From assembly GCA_019637805.1 (NCBI GenBank), contig JAHBVB010000001.1, forward strand, positions 969,875 through 1,033,874: a DNA stretch of 64,000 nt. Reading direction: 5' to 3'. Source of the stretch: Anaerolineales bacterium (GTDB lineage Bacteria > Chloroflexota > Anaerolineae > Anaerolineales > UBA11579). The position numbers and the translations under genes were made by a program. The notes beneath the pieces are model-generated. The model was not told where the DNA came from and did not search any database. It saw only the letters and a list, made by a program, of their open reading frames with translations. Of this stretch, positions 1 to 8,910 are shown piece after piece (the stretch's first letter is position 1; each line of letters opens with the position of its first letter).

Positions 1-53
1 GCCCTATGCTATACTGATTCCAGTCTGGCAAACGAGCTCTTTTCTTTATTAAC

Positions 54-2162
54 ATGACGATCCCCAACCCTGTAATGGAGGGTGGCCGCACCCAGGCCTC
101 CCTTGACCTGCTCTATCACATCAGCCGCGAGCTTGCCTCGGCGCTTGACTTGCGGGTGGTGTTGGAACGCGTGCTGAAGCTTTCCATGCAGAATGTGATC
201 GCGGAAAGCGGCAGCCTGATCGTGCTGGATGACCATCAAGAGCCCATCGATTCGATCATTATTGTTAGAGACAAAGTCATTCAAGAAACCACCCGCCAAT
301 TGAAATTCACGCTGCAGAGCGGCCTGGCCGGGTGGGTGGCTACCAATCGCAAAGCGGCCCTGGTGCCAGACACGAGCCAAGACGAGCGTTGGCAACCTAC
401 TGCAGAAAGAAACCAATCCAAGGCAGCTTCCAAGTCTGTAGTTAGCGCCCCGCTGATCGTGCGTGACAAGCTGGTGGGCGTGGTCACCCTGACGCACCCT
501 CAGGCGGGCTTCTTTAACGCCGATCATCTAAATCTCGTCCAGGTGATTGCCGACTTGTCCGGCTTTGCCGTGCTCAATGCGCGCTATTACGCCGAAAGCC
601 AACGCCGGGCCGCCATCATGACCGCCGTGGCGGACAGCGCCAAAGCGATTGGCGAGAGCTTGCAATTGGACGACGTCTTGCAGACCATCCTGGAGCAGAC
701 TGCCCGCGCCCTGGAAGTGCAGGCTGTGGCGCTGGCTTTGGTGGATGGCGACAGCGTGGTCTTCCGTGCGGCCAGCGGCGAGCTGAGCAAGAAACTGATC
801 GGCATGCGTATGCAGGTGGGGCAGGGGCTGGCCGGCTGGGTCGCCCAACACAATGAGGGCTTGCTGGTCCCAGATGTGGACACAGACCCGCGCTATTTCC
901 ATGAAATTGATGCGCAGATCGGGCTGCAGGCGCGGGCGATTGCCACCAGCCCGATCCGCGCCCAGCAAACAGTGATTGGCGTGCTGCAGGCGATCAACCC
1001 GGTCAGTGGTGAACTGGACAACAGCGATCTGCTGGTGCTGGAAGGGATTGGCAACCTGGCCGGCACGGCGATCGAGCACGCTCAATTGTTTGAGCAAATG
1101 GAGGCGGCGCGCAGCCGCTACTTGGAGCTCTTCGAAGACAGTATTGACCCCATCCTCATCACGGATCTGGAGGGAAACATTGTCGAGGCCAACCGCCAGG
1201 CCCATTTACTGCTGAACCTGAACAAGAATCATCTGCAGACGATGAATGTTCACCATTTTCACCAAGCCGACAGCAAGGTGCTGGGCAAAGATATGGCTAA
1301 CCTGAAAGATGGCCAAAGCGTATCCTACGAATCCGTTTTGCAGGCCGAGAACAATGCCGATAGCTATGTCGAGGTGTATGTGCGCCGTATTGATGTGGAC
1401 GGCCTGGTGCAGCTGCAATGGATCCTGCGCGACATCACGGAACGCAAGAACCTGGATACCTTGCGGGAAGACCTGGCTTCGATGATCTACCACGACTTGC
1501 GCTCCCCGCTGGCCAATGTGGTCTCCGGCCTGGATGTGCTTGCCATGATGCTGCCCGCCGACGCAGACCCGACTATGCGCTCGGTTTTGGATATTGCCAT
1601 GCGCTCCACCGAGCGCATCCAGCGTTTGGTGAATTCCCTGTTGGACACTTCGCGCATGGAATCCGGCCAGAAACTGGGCAGCCCGGAACCGACGGCGGTG
1701 GCCAGTTTGGCGCAGGCCGCCCTGGAAGCGGTCACGCTGGCGGCGCAAAGCAAGCAGGTGGAACTGGTGGATGCTGTGGTCAAAGGCCTGCCGCGCGTCA
1801 TGGCCGACAGCGAAATGATCCGCCGCGTATTGATCAATCTATTGGAAAATGCGATCCGTTATTCCAAGGGGGGTATGTCTGTGGTGTGTGGCGCCAAGCG
1901 CAGCGGCGACTTTGTGGAGTTTTGGGTGCAGGATCAGGGCCGCGGCATTCCCAAGAGTGAGCACGAGCGCATCTTTGATAAATTTACCCGCGTGCAGCCT
2001 TCCTCCAAATCTGCGGGCAAGACCCACGGGCTAGGCTTGGGTTTGGCCTATTGCAAATTGACCGTCGAGGGGCATGGCGGCCGGATCTGGGTGGAAAGCG
2101 AGCCGGACAACGGTGCGCGCTTTGCCTTTACCCTGCCGATCGCACGCACGGGGCGTCTCTAG
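54..2162 (+). CDS. Sensor histidine kinase (tandem GAF, PAS, HisKA, HATPase_c)
   Basis: 702-aa ORF. H-box 'MIYHDLRSPLANV', N-box 'LINLLENAIRYS', G-boxes 'DQGRGIP' and 'GLGLGLAYC'. Two GAF-like segments and a PAS-like segment lie N-terminal. Confidence 0.9.
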   Translation: MTIPNPVMEGGRTQASLDLLYHISRELASALDLRVVLERVLKLSMQNVIAESGSLIVLDDHQEPIDSIIIVRDKVIQETTRQLKFTLQSGLAGWVATNRKAALVPDTSQDERWQPTAERNQSKAASKSVVSAPLIVRDKLVGVVTLTHPQAGFFNADHLNLVQVIADLSGFAVLNARYYAESQRRAAIMTAVADSAKAIGESLQLDDVLQTILEQTARALEVQAVALALVDGDSVVFRAASGELSKKLIGMRMQVGQGLAGWVAQHNEGLLVPDVDTDPRYFHEIDAQIGLQARAIATSPIRAQQTVIGVLQAINPVSGELDNSDLLVLEGIGNLAGTAIEHAQLFEQMEAARSRYLELFEDSIDPILITDLEGNIVEANRQAHLLLNLNKNHLQTMNVHHFHQADSKVLGKDMANLKDGQSVSYESVLQAENNADSYVEVYVRRIDVDGLVQLQWILRDITERKNLDTLREDLASMIYHDLRSPLANVVSGLDVLAMMLPADADPTMRSVLDIAMRSTERIQRLVNSLLDTSRMESGQKLGSPEPTAVASLAQAALEAVTLAAQSKQVELVDAVVKGLPRVMADSEMIRRVLINLLENAIRYSKGGMSVVCGAKRSGDFVEFWVQDQGRGIPKSEHERIFDKFTRVQPSSKSAGKTHGLGLGLAYCKLTVEGHGGRIWVESEPDNGARFAFTLPIARTGRL

Positions 2163-3025
2163 TGAAGAAGCTTAAAGCCAACATTTATTACGAGAATGGT
2201 TATGCGGGCGTCACCGTCGGCGCCTTGCTGCTGCCGCAGGTGACCCTGCTGGTGGACGCTCCGTTGCAACCCGAACAGGGCCGGCAGTGGCTGGCGGATC
2301 TGGAGCAGGCCGGCGCTGCCCCGCGGCGGCTGGTGCTCAATTTGGACGCTCACCCGGACCGCACCCTGGGCGTGCAGACCATGGAAGCCCAGGTGCTGGC
2401 GCACCGCGAGGTCACCCGCCAAATTCGACGGCGGGCGGCCATCTTCAAGGCGCTTAAGCAGGAAAGCGGCGCGGAGTGGGAAGAGACCTCCGGGCTGAGT
2501 GGCTTGCGCTGGATCCTGCCGCGGCTCACGTTCTCTGAACAAGTGGGCCTGCAGTTCGATGAAGCTGAATTGCGCATGGAACATCGCCCCGGCCCCAGCC
2601 CTGCCACCAGTTGGCTGCTGGTGCCCCAGGATGGCGTGGTGTTTGTGGGCGATACGCTGACCGTGGATGAACCGCCCTTTTTGGCCAATGCAGATATTGG
2701 CGCCTGGCTGGAGCAATTGGATCTGCTCTCGGGCCGGGACTATAAAGACTATACAATTATCGCCGGGCGCGGCGGCAAGGCCGGCGCTGAAGACATCGCC
2801 GCCATGCGGCGCTTTATTAAAGACGTACACAGCCGTTTGCAGCGCTTGGACGGTAAAAAGAGCGCCAACGAAGAAATTGACAAGCTGGCCGCCAAGCTTA
2901 ACGAAAAATTCCGCGCCCCGGTGAAGCGCCAGGTGTTGTTTGGACAGCGTTTACGGCATGGTCTGCACAGCTACTTTGCCCGCTATCACACTGCGGCGGG
3001 GCGCGCCGCTCGACAGGCTGCGTGA
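2162..3025 (+). CDS. MBL-fold (metallo-beta-lactamase-like) protein with a degenerate metal motif
   Basis: GTG at 2162 overlaps the kinase stop TAG (2160-2162) by 1 nt; the track start at 2051 would overlap the kinase by about 110 nt. 'LLVDAP', 'LNLDAHPDR' and 'VVFVGDT' resemble MBL motifs, but HxHxDH is not intact. Confidence 0.55.
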   Translation: MKKLKANIYYENGYAGVTVGALLLPQVTLLVDAPLQPEQGRQWLADLEQAGAAPRRLVLNLDAHPDRTLGVQTMEAQVLAHREVTRQIRRRAAIFKALKQESGAEWEETSGLSGLRWILPRLTFSEQVGLQFDEAELRMEHRPGPSPATSWLLVPQDGVVFVGDTLTVDEPPFLANADIGAWLEQLDLLSGRDYKDYTIIAGRGGKAGAEDIAAMRRFIKDVHSRLQRLDGKKSANEEIDKLAAKLNEKFRAPVKRQVLFGQRLRHGLHSYFARYHTAAGRAARQAA

Positions 3026-3723
3026 ACACAGCAGACCAGTCCGCCCTGGCGGCTCGTTGTTTGGCCATTCACCAACGCCTGGTGGAAGTGTATGGCACGC
3101 CTGAATGGCGCAATCCCCTGCCGCCCATAGACGAGCTGGTTTCCACGATTCTCTCGCAAAGCACCAGTGACACCAATCGAGACATCGGCTTCTTTGCGCT
3201 CAAGGCGCGTTACAAGAGTTGGGAAGATGTGCGGGATGCACCGGCCAAAGACATCGTCGAGACCATCCGGCCCGCCGGCCTGGCCAACCAGAAGGGGCCG
3301 CGCATCCAGCAGGTCTTGCGCCAGATCACCCAGTTGCGCGGCGAACTTTCGATTGACTTCTTGCGCGACCTGTCCGGGGAAGAAGCCCGCGCCTGGCTGA
3401 CCCAATTCAACGGCATTGGGCCCAAAACGGCCGCCATCATTCTGCAGTTCTCGCTGGGGATGCCGGCCTTTCCGGTGGATACGCATGTCTATCGTGTTAC
3501 CGGGCGGCTGGGCATTCGCCCAGCGAAGATGAATGCCGATAAGGCTCACGCCCATTTTGAGGCGCTGCTGCCGCCGGAGACCTTCTTCACTGCGCACCTC
3601 AACATCATCCGCCTGGGGCGTGAGATCTGCCAGGCGCGCCGGCCCAAGTGTGAGATGTGCCCGGTGAGCGATCTGTGTGATTATTACGCCCAGGTGTACC
3701 TGCCCGCCCAACCGGCGGCTTGA
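3022..3723 (+). CDS. nth: Endonuclease III family DNA glycosylase (HhH-GPD with a 4Fe-4S cluster loop)
   Basis: GTGA start/stop overlap with the upstream gene. HhH 'FNGIGPKTAAIIL', 'FPVDTHVYRV', and C-terminal Cys ladder 'CQARRPKCEMCPVSDLC'. Confidence 0.8.
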   Translation: MNTADQSALAARCLAIHQRLVEVYGTPEWRNPLPPIDELVSTILSQSTSDTNRDIGFFALKARYKSWEDVRDAPAKDIVETIRPAGLANQKGPRIQQVLRQITQLRGELSIDFLRDLSGEEARAWLTQFNGIGPKTAAIILQFSLGMPAFPVDTHVYRVTGRLGIRPAKMNADKAHAHFEALLPPETFFTAHLNIIRLGREICQARRPKCEMCPVSDLCDYYAQVYLPAQPAA

Positions 3724-3748
3724 CGTTCGCCTGTTGGCCTCCTATACT
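3720..3748 (+). promoter_or_regulatory. Sigma70-like promoter for the thiamine operon leader
   Basis: TTGACG (3720-3725), a 17-nt spacer, then TATACT (3743-3748). The -35 element overlaps the nth stop codon. It sits just upstream of the TPP aptamer. Confidence 0.45.
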
Positions 3749-3764
3749 TGTAAGACAATTTAGT

Positions 3765-3951
3765 TGCACGGGGAGCTTGCGTGTCAGTCATTTGGCTAAA
3801 CCAAGATTTGGCTAAGCCAAATATCTGACACGCGTTGGCTGAGAGGTGGCACATGTTTCCGGCAGAGCCGAGACATACGCCACGACCCGTACCCAGGCTG
3901 TGCCTGGGAGACCTGATCCGGGTAATGCCGGCGGAGGAATTGCTTAGCGTG
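3765..3951 (+). promoter_or_regulatory. TPP (THI-box) riboswitch aptamer; boundaries and P1 are approximate
   Basis: Conserved aptamer strings occur in the canonical order: GGGGAGC (3770-3776), GGCTGAGA (3837-3844), ACCC (3885-3888), GACCTGATCCGGGTAATGCCGGCGGAGGAA (3910-3939). A long hairpin at 3779-3833 occupies the variable P3 position. Thiamine genes lie downstream. Confidence 0.8.
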
Positions 3952-3961
3952 ACGCGCTCCC

Positions 3962-3992
3962 GCCTCCGGCTACCCACCGGAGGTTTTGTTTT
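3962..3992 (+). terminator. Intrinsic terminator acting as the riboswitch expression platform
   Basis: CCTCCGG (3963-3969), a 7-nt loop, CCGGAGG (3977-3983), then TTTTGTTTT. The 3' arm contains the GGAGG Shine-Dalgarno sequence of thiN. The 5' arm could alternatively pair with CCGG.GGAGG of the aptamer (3928-3937). Confidence 0.7.
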
Positions 3993-4650
3993 GATCGCAG
4001 TCGTCTTCGCCAATGGGGAGTTTGCCCCGCCGCCCGACCTGCAGACGCGGCTGGACGCGGCGGGTTTGCTGATCGCCGCCGACGGCGGCGGCCGCCACTG
4101 CCTGCGCCTGGGTCTGGCTCCGCACCTGCTGGTGGGCGATATGGATTCGCTCAGCCAGGCTGAGCAGGCCGAACTGCAAGCCCGCGGGACGCAGCTGCAG
4201 CGCCACCCAGCGGAGAAGGACCAGACCGATCTGGAACTGGCCCTGCAGGCGGCCGAAGACGCGGGCGCCGGCGCAGTGGTCGTGCTGGCCGGCCTGGGCG
4301 GCCGCTGGGACCACAGCTTAGCCAACTTGCTGCTGGCCGCCCAGGAACAGTTCGCTCACTTGTCGATCCTCTTCTTGCACGGCGACCAACGGTTGTTCCC
4401 CATCCGCGGCGGGCAGGACCTGGATGCCCAGCCCGGCGAACGCGTCTCGCTCCTGCCCCTGGGCGGCGATGCGCGCGGCGTGACCACGCACGACCTGGCT
4501 TACCCATTGGCGGACGAAACCCTGCCACTCGGCAGCAGCCGCGGCGTCAGCAACCTGGTGGCCGGCCCCCGGCCGCGGGTCGAGCTGGCTGGCGGCACGC
4601 TGTTGTGCGTCCTTTCCACCCCTGATTCAGAGATACCAGGAGAGCTATGA
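3991..4650 (+). CDS. thiN: Thiamine diphosphokinase
   Basis: TTG start 7 nt after GGAGG. N-terminus 'LIAVVFANGEF', 'ADGGG', 'LLVGDMDS', 'EKDQTDLELAL'. The track start at 3835 lies inside the riboswitch. Confidence 0.85.
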   Translation: MIAVVFANGEFAPPPDLQTRLDAAGLLIAADGGGRHCLRLGLAPHLLVGDMDSLSQAEQAELQARGTQLQRHPAEKDQTDLELALQAAEDAGAGAVVVLAGLGGRWDHSLANLLLAAQEQFAHLSILFLHGDQRLFPIRGGQDLDAQPGERVSLLPLGGDARGVTTHDLAYPLADETLPLGSSRGVSNLVAGPRPRVELAGGTLLCVLSTPDSEIPGEL

Positions 4651-5690
4651 GACCCCTACTGTTTGCTTTAACCCTGTTTGCCTTGCTATTGGCGGCCTGC
4701 GCCCCGGCGGCTCAGGTCGACGGCCGGACCACGTTGACCGTGATGACCCATGATTCGTTTGCCGTTTCCGAAGCGGTGGTCGCCGCTTTCGAGGAGCAGC
4801 ATAACGCCGAGGTCGTCTTCCTCAAGGTGGGCGATGCCGGCTCTGCGACCAACCAGGCTGTGCTGGCTGCTGGCGCGCCGCTGGCGGATGTCTTCTATGG
4901 CGTGGACAACACCTTCCTCAGCCGGGCGCTGGAGGGCGATATCTTTGAGCCGTACGATTCGCCCCTGCTGGCCGAGATCCCCGACCACTTCAAGCTCGAC
5001 CCGCACAACGGGGCCTTGCCGGTGGACTATGGCGATGTGTGCCTCAACTACGACATCGCCTATTTCGAGGAAAACGATCTTGAGCCCCCGGCCAGTCTGG
5101 AAGACCTGCTCAAACCGGAATATGCCGGTTTGCTGGTGGTGCAAAACCCAGCCAGCTCCTCACCGGGCCTGGCTTTCCTGCTGGCCACCATCGGCCACTT
5201 TGGCGAAGATGGCTACCTGGACTTTTGGCGCGGCCTGGTGGCCAATGACCTGCGCGTGGTCAGCGACTGGGACACGGCCTTCTACACCGAGTTCAGCCGC
5301 TGGGGCGGAGGGCGACCGATCGTGGTCTCTTACGCCTCCAGCCCACCGGTGGACCTGATCTTCGCCGAGGAGCCGCTGGAGCGCCCGGTGACCGCTGCAC
5401 TGGTGGCGGACGACACCTGCTTCCGCCAGATCGAGTTCGTCGGCATCCTGCGCGGCACCCAACAGCGCGCCCTGGCCGAGGCCTGGGTGGACTTTATGCT
5501 CTCGCCCACCTTCCAGGAAGATTTGCCGCTGCAAATGTTCGTTTTCCCGGTCAACCCCAACGCTCAATTGGCTGAGGTCTTCGTGGATTTCCTGGAGGTG
5601 CCCCAGCAGCCGATCCTGGTCAGTCCTGAGGCGATTGCTGCCTACCGCGAAGAATGGGTGGCGGCCTGGACCGATGCGGTATTGCGATAA
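4647..5690 (+). CDS. thiB: Thiamine ABC transporter substrate-binding lipoprotein
   Basis: ATGA overlap with thiN. Signal peptide with lipobox 'LLLAACAP'. Fe3+/thiamine-type SBP fold. Assigned to thiamine from the riboswitch context. Confidence 0.8.
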   Translation: MRPLLFALTLFALLLAACAPAAQVDGRTTLTVMTHDSFAVSEAVVAAFEEQHNAEVVFLKVGDAGSATNQAVLAAGAPLADVFYGVDNTFLSRALEGDIFEPYDSPLLAEIPDHFKLDPHNGALPVDYGDVCLNYDIAYFEENDLEPPASLEDLLKPEYAGLLVVQNPASSSPGLAFLLATIGHFGEDGYLDFWRGLVANDLRVVSDWDTAFYTEFSRWGGGRPIVVSYASSPPVDLIFAEEPLERPVTAALVADDTCFRQIEFVGILRGTQQRALAEAWVDFMLSPTFQEDLPLQMFVFPVNPNAQLAEVFVDFLEVPQQPILVSPEAIAAYREEWVAAWTDAVLR

Positions 5691-5699
5691 ACTGGACCT

Positions 5700-6167
5700 A
5701 TGACCCAGCCTAAAGCCACGCGTCCGTATATGCCGGGTTACGGCATCGCCAGGGATGAGGCTGGCTTGCTGCCCTGGTCGTATGTCGAAGAGCGCATGGG
5801 TGCGGCCCGCAACTACTGGTTGATCACTGCGGCAGAGAACCGTCCGCATGCCGCCCCAGTGTGGGGCGTGTGGCATAAGCGCAATTTCTACTTCAGCAGT
5901 GGCACCAGCTCTCGCAAGGGCCGCAACCTGGCCGCCAATCCCTCGGTCACCCTGCACTTGGAAAGCGGCGATGAGGTCGTGATCCTGGAGGGGCAGATCG
6001 AGACGGTGGCCGAGCCTGATCTGCTGCAAGAGCTGGATCAGGCCTATCAGCAGAAATACCAGGTCTCGATCCTGGGCGGGCAGGTGTATACCTTGCGCGT
6101 CGAGCAGGCTTTTGCTTGGCGCGAGCAGGATTTCCCGCGCACGGCTACGCGTTGGACGCTGCGGTGA
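5700..6167 (+). CDS. Pyridoxamine 5'-phosphate oxidase family (FMN-binding split-barrel) protein
   Basis: 155 aa; 'NYWLITAAENRPHAAPVWGVWHKRNFYFSSG...RKGRNLAANPSVTLHLESGDEVVILEG' is typical of the family. Confidence 0.8.
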   Translation: MTQPKATRPYMPGYGIARDEAGLLPWSYVEERMGAARNYWLITAAENRPHAAPVWGVWHKRNFYFSSGTSSRKGRNLAANPSVTLHLESGDEVVILEGQIETVAEPDLLQELDQAYQQKYQVSILGGQVYTLRVEQAFAWREQDFPRTATRWTLR

Positions 6168-7867
6168 AGCCGCCGCGCAAAGTCCTGCTGGCTTTGCTCT
6201 GGCTGCTTCCCCTGGCCTTTCTGGCCCTTTTCTATTTCTATCCGTTGGGCAGCATCCTGACCCTCAGCATACAGCGCGGCGGCGGGCTGGGGCAAGCTGT
6301 GGCCGCCGTGCTGGGCAGCCCCGCACAGCGCAGCGTGTTGGGCTTCACCTTCTGGCAGGCCACGTTGTCTACGCTGCTGACCCTGATGGTGGGGCTGCCG
6401 GCGGCCTGGCTGCTGGCCCGCCACCAGTTCCGCGGCAAGAGCCTGCTGCGCGCCCTGAGCGGCATTCCCTTTGTGCTGCCCACTCTGGTGGTGGCGGCCG
6501 CCTTTGATGCCTTGCTTGGCCCGCGCGGCTGGGTCAACCAGGCCGCTATGAGCTTGTTCGAGCTTCCGGTTCCTCCGCTGCAATTCGTCAATACTTTCGG
6601 GGCGATCCTGGTGGCGCATGTCTTTTACAACACCACCATCGTGCTGCGTTTGGTGGGCGACTTTTGGGGGCGGCTCAACCCGCGCATCGAACAAGCGGCC
6701 CGAAGCCTGGGGGCCGCGCCCTGGCAGGTCTTCTTCCGCATAAGCCTGCCGCTGCTGGCCCCGGCGCTGGCCGCCGCGGCCCTGCTGGTCTTTATCTTCA
6801 ATTTCACTTCGTTTGGGGTGGTGCTGGTGCTGGGTGGGCCGCGCTTTGCCACACTGGAAACCGAGATCTATTACCAAACCACCGCCTTGTTCAATCTGCC
6901 GGTGGCCGCCGTGCTGGCGCTCCTGCAGCTGCTGTGCACGCTGGCGCTGACCGCGCTGTACACGCGCTTGTCCGCCCGGCTTTCTCGCCCGCTGGAGCTG
7001 GCTTCTACGCGTGTGGCGCCGCGCCCGTTGGGTGCTCGCGGACGTCTGTTGGCCGGGCTGTATCTGGCTGTGTTGGTGGCCTTCTTCTTATCCCCGTTGT
7101 TGGGCCTGGGTCTGCGTTCCATCTCTCGGCTGACCCCGGAGCGCGGCCAGACCCAGGTGCAGGGCGGCGGCCTGACGCTGGACTATTACCGCAGCTTGGG
7201 CGAGGACCCGCGCGGCAACATCTTCTTCGCCACTCCCTCCCAGGCCATCCAAACCTCGCTGCTGTACGCCGGGGCCACCATCCTGGTTTCGCTGGCGGTC
7301 GGGCTGCCGGCGGCCTGGCTGCTGGCCACCCGTCAGCAGGACCTGGGCAGCCGCCTGCTGGATCCGCTGCTGATGCTGCCGCTGGGCACTTCGGCCGTGA
7401 CGCTGGGCTTGGGATTCATCGTGGCGCTTAACCGGCCGCCGCTGGACCTGCGCACCTCGCCGCTGCTGGTGCCGCTGGCCCACAGTCTGGTGGCGCTGCC
7501 CTTTGTGGTGCGCAGCCTGACCCCGGCGCTGCGCAGCATCCGGCCGCGGCTGCGCCAGGCGGCCGCCATGCTGGGCGCCAACCCGGGCCAGGTGCTGCGC
7601 AATGTGGACCTCCCTCTGGTGGGCCGCGCCCTGCTGGTCTCGGCCCTGTTCGCTTTCGCCGTCTCGGTGGGGGAATTTGGCGCCAGCGCGCTGATCGCCC
7701 GGCCGGAGTATCCCACCATCCCGGTGCTGATCTTCCGCCTGCTGGGCCAACCCGGCGCGCAAACCTATGGGCAGGCTATGGCCCTCAGCACCCTGCTGAT
7801 GCTGTTCACCGGGGTTGGCATGCTGCTGATCGAACGCCTGCGCATTGCCGATGTGGGAGAATTCTGA
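6164..7867 (+). CDS. thiP: Thiamine ABC transporter permease (duplicated TM domain)
   Basis: GTG 6164 gives a GTGA overlap with the upstream stop. Two EAA loops, 'EQAARSLGAAPWQVFFRISLPLL' and 'RQAAAMLGANPGQVLRNVDLPLV'. About 12 TM segments. Confidence 0.85.
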   Translation: MKPPRKVLLALLWLLPLAFLALFYFYPLGSILTLSIQRGGGLGQAVAAVLGSPAQRSVLGFTFWQATLSTLLTLMVGLPAAWLLARHQFRGKSLLRALSGIPFVLPTLVVAAAFDALLGPRGWVNQAAMSLFELPVPPLQFVNTFGAILVAHVFYNTTIVLRLVGDFWGRLNPRIEQAARSLGAAPWQVFFRISLPLLAPALAAAALLVFIFNFTSFGVVLVLGGPRFATLETEIYYQTTALFNLPVAAVLALLQLLCTLALTALYTRLSARLSRPLELASTRVAPRPLGARGRLLAGLYLAVLVAFFLSPLLGLGLRSISRLTPERGQTQVQGGGLTLDYYRSLGEDPRGNIFFATPSQAIQTSLLYAGATILVSLAVGLPAAWLLATRQQDLGSRLLDPLLMLPLGTSAVTLGLGFIVALNRPPLDLRTSPLLVPLAHSLVALPFVVRSLTPALRSIRPRLRQAAAMLGANPGQVLRNVDLPLVGRALLVSALFAFAVSVGEFGASALIARPEYPTIPVLIFRLLGQPGAQTYGQAMALSTLLMLFTGVGMLLIERLRIADVGEF

Positions 7868-7869
7868 GC

Positions 7870-8910
7870 ATGTTGAGCTTGGAGAACATCCACAAGGCTT
7901 ACAACGGTGTCCCGGTGCTGCAAGGCATTGACCTGCAGGTGGACACCGGTGAAGTGCTGGCCTTGCTGGGGCCGAGCGGCAGCGGCAAATCCACCCTGTT
8001 GAATATTATTGCCGGCCTGGAAATGCCGGACCAGGGCCGCGTGCTGTGGGATGGGGCGGATTTGACCGAAGTGCCGCCACACCGCCGCGGCTTTGGGCTG
8101 ATGTTCCAGGACTTCGCCTTGTTCCCGCACCGCAACGTGGCGGGCAACGTGGCCTTTGGCCTGCAAATGGCCGGTTGGCGGCCGGGGCGCGCCGAACGGC
8201 GGGTGGCCGAGATGCTGGCACTGGTCGGCCTAGGCGGGTTTGAACGCCGCGAGGTAACTGCGCTCTCCGGCGGCGAGCAGCAGCGCGTGGCCCTGGCACG
8301 CGCCCTGGCCCCGCAGCCTCGCCTGCTGATGCTGGATGAGCCACTGGGATCGCTGGACCGCGCCCTGCGGGCCCGCCTGCAGGGTGATCTGGCGGCCATC
8401 CTGCGCGCCGCAGGCCAGACCAGCATTTATGTAACGCACGACCAGGAAGAAGCCTATGCCGTAGCCGACCGGGCCGCGCTGCTCAACGCCGGTGAACTGG
8501 CCCAAGTGGCCGCGCCGGAGCAGCTTTACCGCCAGCCGGCTTCGGCCTTCGTGGCCCGTTTCCTAGGCCTCAGCAACCTGCTCCCAGGTGAGCTGAGCGG
8601 CAGCGGTGACGATGCCGCAGTCCAGACGCCGCTGGGCCGCTTCCCGGCGCCCTCCGGCGCAGCGCCTGGCCCGGTGATGGTGCTTTTCCGGCCGGACGCT
8701 TTTGTACTGGGCGAGCACGGCCCGGCCCAGCTGCGCGGCGAACTGGTGGGCAAGCAGTTCCGCGGCAGCCAGCTGCAGGCCGAAATCAGCGTGGGTGAGA
8801 CGCGGCTGGCTATTGAATTGCCCTCCAAAGTGGAACTGCCTGCCCTGGGCCAGCCGCTCAGCCTGAGCTTCGACCCGGCGGAGGCCATCCAGCTCTTTCC
8901 CCATGACTGA
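7870..8910 (+). CDS. thiQ: ABC transporter ATP-binding protein
   Basis: Walker A 'GPSGSGKST', signature 'LSGGEQQRVALARAL', Walker B 'LLMLDEP'; C-terminal TOBE-like extension. Confidence 0.85.
   Translation: MLSLENIHKAYNGVPVLQGIDLQVDTGEVLALLGPSGSGKSTLLNIIAGLEMPDQGRVLWDGADLTEVPPHRRGFGLMFQDFALFPHRNVAGNVAFGLQMAGWRPGRAERRVAEMLALVGLGGFERREVTALSGGEQQRVALARALAPQPRLLMLDEPLGSLDRALRARLQGDLAAILRAAGQTSIYVTHDQEEAYAVADRAALLNAGELAQVAAPEQLYRQPASAFVARFLGLSNLLPGELSGSGDDAAVQTPLGRFPAPSGAAPGPVMVLFRPDAFVLGEHGPAQLRGELVGKQFRGSQLQAEISVGETRLAIELPSKVELPALGQPLSLSFDPAEAIQLFPHD

Noticed and set aside
9-1748. Long minus-strand ORFs (9-527, 528-1205, 1206-1748) opposite the histidine kinase
   Set aside because: These are antisense open frames typical of high-GC DNA. 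Their sequence is low-complexity and Arg/Ala/Gly-rich with no motifs, and the plus-strand kinase is unambiguous.
2051-2161. Upstream extension of the MBL-like gene
   Set aside because: It would overlap the kinase by about 110 nt. GTG 2162, abutting the kinase stop, gives the conserved N-terminus.
3835-3990. N-terminal 52 codons of the track ORF 3835-4650
   Set aside because: They lie over the TPP aptamer and its terminator. The real thiN start is TTG 3991, after GGAGG, which gives a canonical TPK N-terminus.
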